Assembly: GCA_002724585.1 (NCBI GenBank)
Contig: PBPE01000045.1
Location: 1-46,658, forward strand
Source of the DNA: Dehalococcoidia bacterium
Lineage (GTDB): Bacteria > Chloroflexota > Dehalococcoidia > Lucifugimonadales > UBA3495
Direction of reading: 5' to 3'
Length of the DNA stretch: 46,658 bases
Of this stretch, positions 44,022 through 46,658 are shown piece after piece. Made by a program: the position numbers and the translations under genes. A model generated the notes under the pieces. That model was not told the origin of the DNA. It saw only the letters and a list, made by a program, of their open reading frames with translations, and did no database searches. How positions within the stretch are numbered: position 1 is the stretch's first letter; every line of letters starts with the position of its first letter.

Positions 44022-45023
44022 ATGTCTAGCCAGGCTGGAGTAATAGTAGCAATGGACTGGGGAGGTAGCTGGGCGAGGACGTCGGTAGTCAATCACGCTG
44101 GAGAACTTATGTGGACTACGCGAGTTCCTACTCCCCAAGGAACCGGGTCTGAGAATATGCTAAGGGTAGGAGAAGAGGCACTATTACAGGCGATCAGCTG
44201 GTGCCAATCAACACCCATTCTAGGCATAGGAATAGCAGTTGCAGGGCCTATAGATGTGGAATCAGGTATATTTTACACTCCTCCAAATTTACTAGAGCTG
44301 AATGGTATTTCTCTTATCGAAGCCTGGCAGGATAGATTGATTTACCCGATACATATTGGGAATGATGCGACCTTGGCAGCCCTCGCTGAATATCATCTTG
44401 GAGCCGGATTGTGTCAGAGAAAGGTTGGGAGAGATGTCAAAACACTGCTCTATCTTACTATAAGTACAGGTGTTGGCGGCGGAGTGATCGACCGGGGTAA
44501 TATTTTATTAGGTGCGCACGGTATGGCCGCTGAAATAGGTCATATTAAGATTGATACCAGTTCTTCGGCCGATCTGTGCAATTGCGGAGGCAGGGGATGC
44601 CTCGAGGCTCTTGTCTCGGGTACAGCGATTGCCAGAAAAACCGTTAATGCTCTATCGAATCGCTCTGAGACGACGATACTAAAGGATATCGATATTACAA
44701 GACTCAGCTCTCAAGATGTTTTTACGGCTTATAGTGCGGGTGATAGTCTTAGTGAAAGGATAATCAACGAAGTTATTTCTGATTTAGCTCGCGGAATATC
44801 AGATTTGATTCATAGCTTCAACCCTGATCTAGTGGTTCTTGGTGGAGGAGTGACGGTAGGGTTATCAACTACAAATCTACTCGGCAATCTTAAGTCTCAA
44901 ATATCGGATTCACTAATGAGTGAAAGACACAAAGATTTTGAAATCATGTATGCACAACTGGGAGATTCATCCGGGATGATTGGAGCGTCTTTGATGGTGC
45001 AATCATCCCTCCAAGATATCTGA
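44022..45023 (+). CDS. ROK-family sugar kinase (glucokinase-like)
   Basis: ROK signatures GIGIAVAGPID and the zinc motif CNCGGRGCLE. GHIKID region. Confidence 0.85.
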   Translation: MSSQAGVIVAMDWGGSWARTSVVNHAGELMWTTRVPTPQGTGSENMLRVGEEALLQAISWCQSTPILGIGIAVAGPIDVESGIFYTPPNLLELNGISLIEAWQDRLIYPIHIGNDATLAALAEYHLGAGLCQRKVGRDVKTLLYLTISTGVGGGVIDRGNILLGAHGMAAEIGHIKIDTSSSADLCNCGGRGCLEALVSGTAIARKTVNALSNRSETTILKDIDITRLSSQDVFTAYSAGDSLSERIINEVISDLARGISDLIHSFNPDLVVLGGGVTVGLSTTNLLGNLKSQISDSLMSERHKDFEIMYAQLGDSSGMIGASLMVQSSLQDI

Positions 45024-45039
45024 TTGGTATGTTTAGGCT

Positions 45040-45807
45040 TTACACTATGTATCTTCCGCCAACTACGTTGAGCCTATCACCTGTGATATAGGCAGACTCA
45101 TCGCTTGCGAAGAATAAACAAGCGTTTGCGATATCATCGACTGTTCCTTGTCTTCCCATAGGGATTCCTTTTAGATGTTCAGAAGACCCTCGGTCTAGTT
45201 GTTCAAACTCTGGATACCATTCAGGATTTAATCGTTGAGTGTCCGTCGATCCTGGATTTACCATATTAGCTCGAATATTGTATGGAGCCATTTCTGCAGC
45301 TACGGCTCTCAAAAGACCTAACAGTCCATGTTTCGCAGTAGTTACTGATGCGGTTTCCGGACGACCTGTGATGGCAGCTTGTCCTCCTAGAGCAATAATG
45401 CTACCGGACTTTCTTTTTTGCATATCTGGGAGAACTGCTTTAATTAAATAAAAAGCAGGAAAGAGGTTGGTACGCATAACCGTCTGCCATTCTTCATTCG
45501 ATACATCCAAGATTGGCTTGTGAGGACGGATTGCGACGTTGCTAACTAATACATCAATCTTGCCGAGAGAATTAATTCCTTCTTGAACCATTTCGGAGCA
45601 TCTATCGGGATCTGATACGTCCCCTAATATGATATGTGTTTTGACTCCTAACTCGGCGCATGCGGAAGCCACTTCATTTAACTCGTTCTTGCTAGATCGT
45701 GTGTTTAATATTAAGTCAGAACCTTCTCTAGCAAATGTTAATGCTATTTGCCTGCCAATATTTCGGCTGGCGCCTGTAATCATGGTAGTCTTACCTTCTA
45801 AACGCAT
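45040..45807 (-). CDS. Short-chain dehydrogenase/reductase (SDR)-fold protein with a non-canonical active site
   Basis: TGASRNIGRQ cofactor motif and overall classical SDR colinearity. The positions expected for catalytic Ser and Tyr read ALGG and VTTAK. Confidence 0.85.
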   Translation of the reverse strand: MRLEGKTTMITGASRNIGRQIALTFAREGSDLILNTRSSKNELNEVASACAELGVKTHIILGDVSDPDRCSEMVQEGINSLGKIDVLVSNVAIRPHKPILDVSNEEWQTVMRTNLFPAFYLIKAVLPDMQKRKSGSIIALGGQAAITGRPETASVTTAKHGLLGLLRAVAAEMAPYNIRANMVNPGSTDTQRLNPEWYPEFEQLDRGSSEHLKGIPMGRQGTVDDIANACLFFASDESAYITGDRLNVVGGRYIV

Positions 45808-45933
45808 ATAACCTCGTCATCTATATACACAGTTTTATGATTTAGACTAATTGTATCACTGATATTTTGTCTATCTTGACCGTAATGCGGGATGATGCAA
45901 AAATTGGCCAACTAGTTGTATAAAGGGGGCTAT

Positions 45934-46658
45934 ATGAAATGGTGTAGGTTTGATTCTGGCGGTCACGGAGTTTATGGAATCATAGAGGGAGATACAGTTG
46001 TAGAAGTTTCAGGGAGTCCGTTTGATACTTACACAAAGACGGATAACAGCTACTCGCTGGATTCTGTGAAATTGTTAGTACCGGTTATTCCACCAACGTT
46101 TTACGCAGCTGGGATTAATTTCAGAGAACACGTTACAGAAATAGCGCATCAGAGGGGACAGGAACCAAACTTCCCTCCAGCTGCTGATGTTGGATATAGA
46201 GCTAACAACGCATTAACAGCCAACGGGGAACCAATTATAGTGCCGTCTGACGCTACTGAAGTCCTTCAATATGAAGGAGAATTAGTTGCAGTGATAGGTA
46301 AGACATGTAAGCATGTAACAGAAGAAGAAGCTCTAGATTATGTGTTTGGATATACAATCGGGAACGATGTAAGTGAACGAACGTGGCAGCATGGAGACAG
46401 GACATTGTGGAGAGGTAAAAATACTGACACCTTTAAACCGATGGGGCCCTGGATAGTAACAGATGGCATTGACCCCGAAAATTGCAACGTGAGTATTAGC
46501 CTTAATGGGAAGGTTTTATACAAATATAATATGTCTGGAGCAATTTTTAGTGTCCGTCAATTCATAAGTCGTATGAGTCAGTACCTGACATTGTACCCTG
46601 GGGATGTATTATGGATGGGTACAGATGGAGCCCAAGAAAACATGAAAGATGGTGATGT
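45934..46658 (+). CDS. Fumarylacetoacetate hydrolase (FAH)-family protein, 3' end outside the window
   Basis: Not in the ORF track because no stop is reached. ATG at 45934 follows AAAGGGGG. My own translation gives MKWCRFDSGGHGVYGIIEGD...YEGELVAVIGK...GYTIGNDVSER...KNTDTFKPMGPW, which are classic FAH-family motifs. Confidence 0.85.
   Translation, partial: MKWCRFDSGGHGVYGIIEGDTVVEVSGSPFDTYTKTDNSYSLDSVKLLVPVIPPTFYAAGINFREHVTEIAHQRGQEPNFPPAADVGYRANNALTANGEPIIVPSDATEVLQYEGELVAVIGKTCKHVTEEEALDYVFGYTIGNDVSERTWQHGDRTLWRGKNTDTFKPMGPWIVTDGIDPENCNVSISLNGKVLYKYNMSGAIFSVRQFISRMSQYLTLYPGDVLWMGTDGAQENMKDGD

Noticed and set aside
1-46658. CRISPR arrays, IS elements, integrase or recombinase genes, a tRNA 3'-end direct repeat (att site), and rRNA genes
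   Set aside because: None was seen on visual reading of the sequence and the ORF track. A repeat-finding or alignment run would be needed to exclude short att-like repeats.

Overview
46.7-kb, densely coding bacterial window with about 46 CDS and one tRNA. I saw no rRNA, CRISPR array, transposase or integrase. All family calls come from motifs read in the supplied translations; no similarity search was run.

Layout from left to right:
- 1-5.9 kb: the 3' end of a TcuA-like flavoprotein, a DinB/MDMPI-like protein, two tandem 434-aa MFS paralogs plus a coupled microprotein, a self-contained small-ORF unit, and a crotonase.
- 5.9-8.9 kb: an accessory-looking stretch that seems AT-richer by eye. 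It holds three small orphan genes, tRNA-Gly(CCC), and an XRE regulator with a 330-aa Cys-rich unknown protein.
- 8.9-15.3 kb: a catabolic cluster of a DAO-type flavoprotein, two luciferase-like (LLM) oxidoreductases, two alpha/beta hydrolases and a Gfo/Idh/MocA dehydrogenase.
- 15.5-20.8 kb: secA, convergent with a copA and YHS-domain gene pair.
- 21-25.4 kb: a hydantoinase/dihydropyrimidinase sandwiched between two further MFS transporters.
- 25.4-30.8 kb, minus strand: 2-oxoacid dehydrogenase E1alpha-E1beta-E2-lipB plus an aminotransferase.
- 31-39.2 kb: an Alternative Complex III (ACIII)-type operon with an unusual subunit layout.
- 39.2-44 kb: the ccmH-ccmF-tlpA heme-ligation module, with two uncharacterised membrane proteins inserted.
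- 44-46.7 kb: a ROK kinase, an SDR with a degenerate catalytic tetrad, and a 3'-truncated FAH-family gene.

Gene content (many LLM, MFS and hydrolase paralogs, plus ACIII) suggests an aerobic marine Chloroflexota of SAR202 type; this is inference only.

The best candidates for something new are the non-canonical ACIII/Ccm region and the tRNA-adjacent XRE plus zinc-ribbon module.
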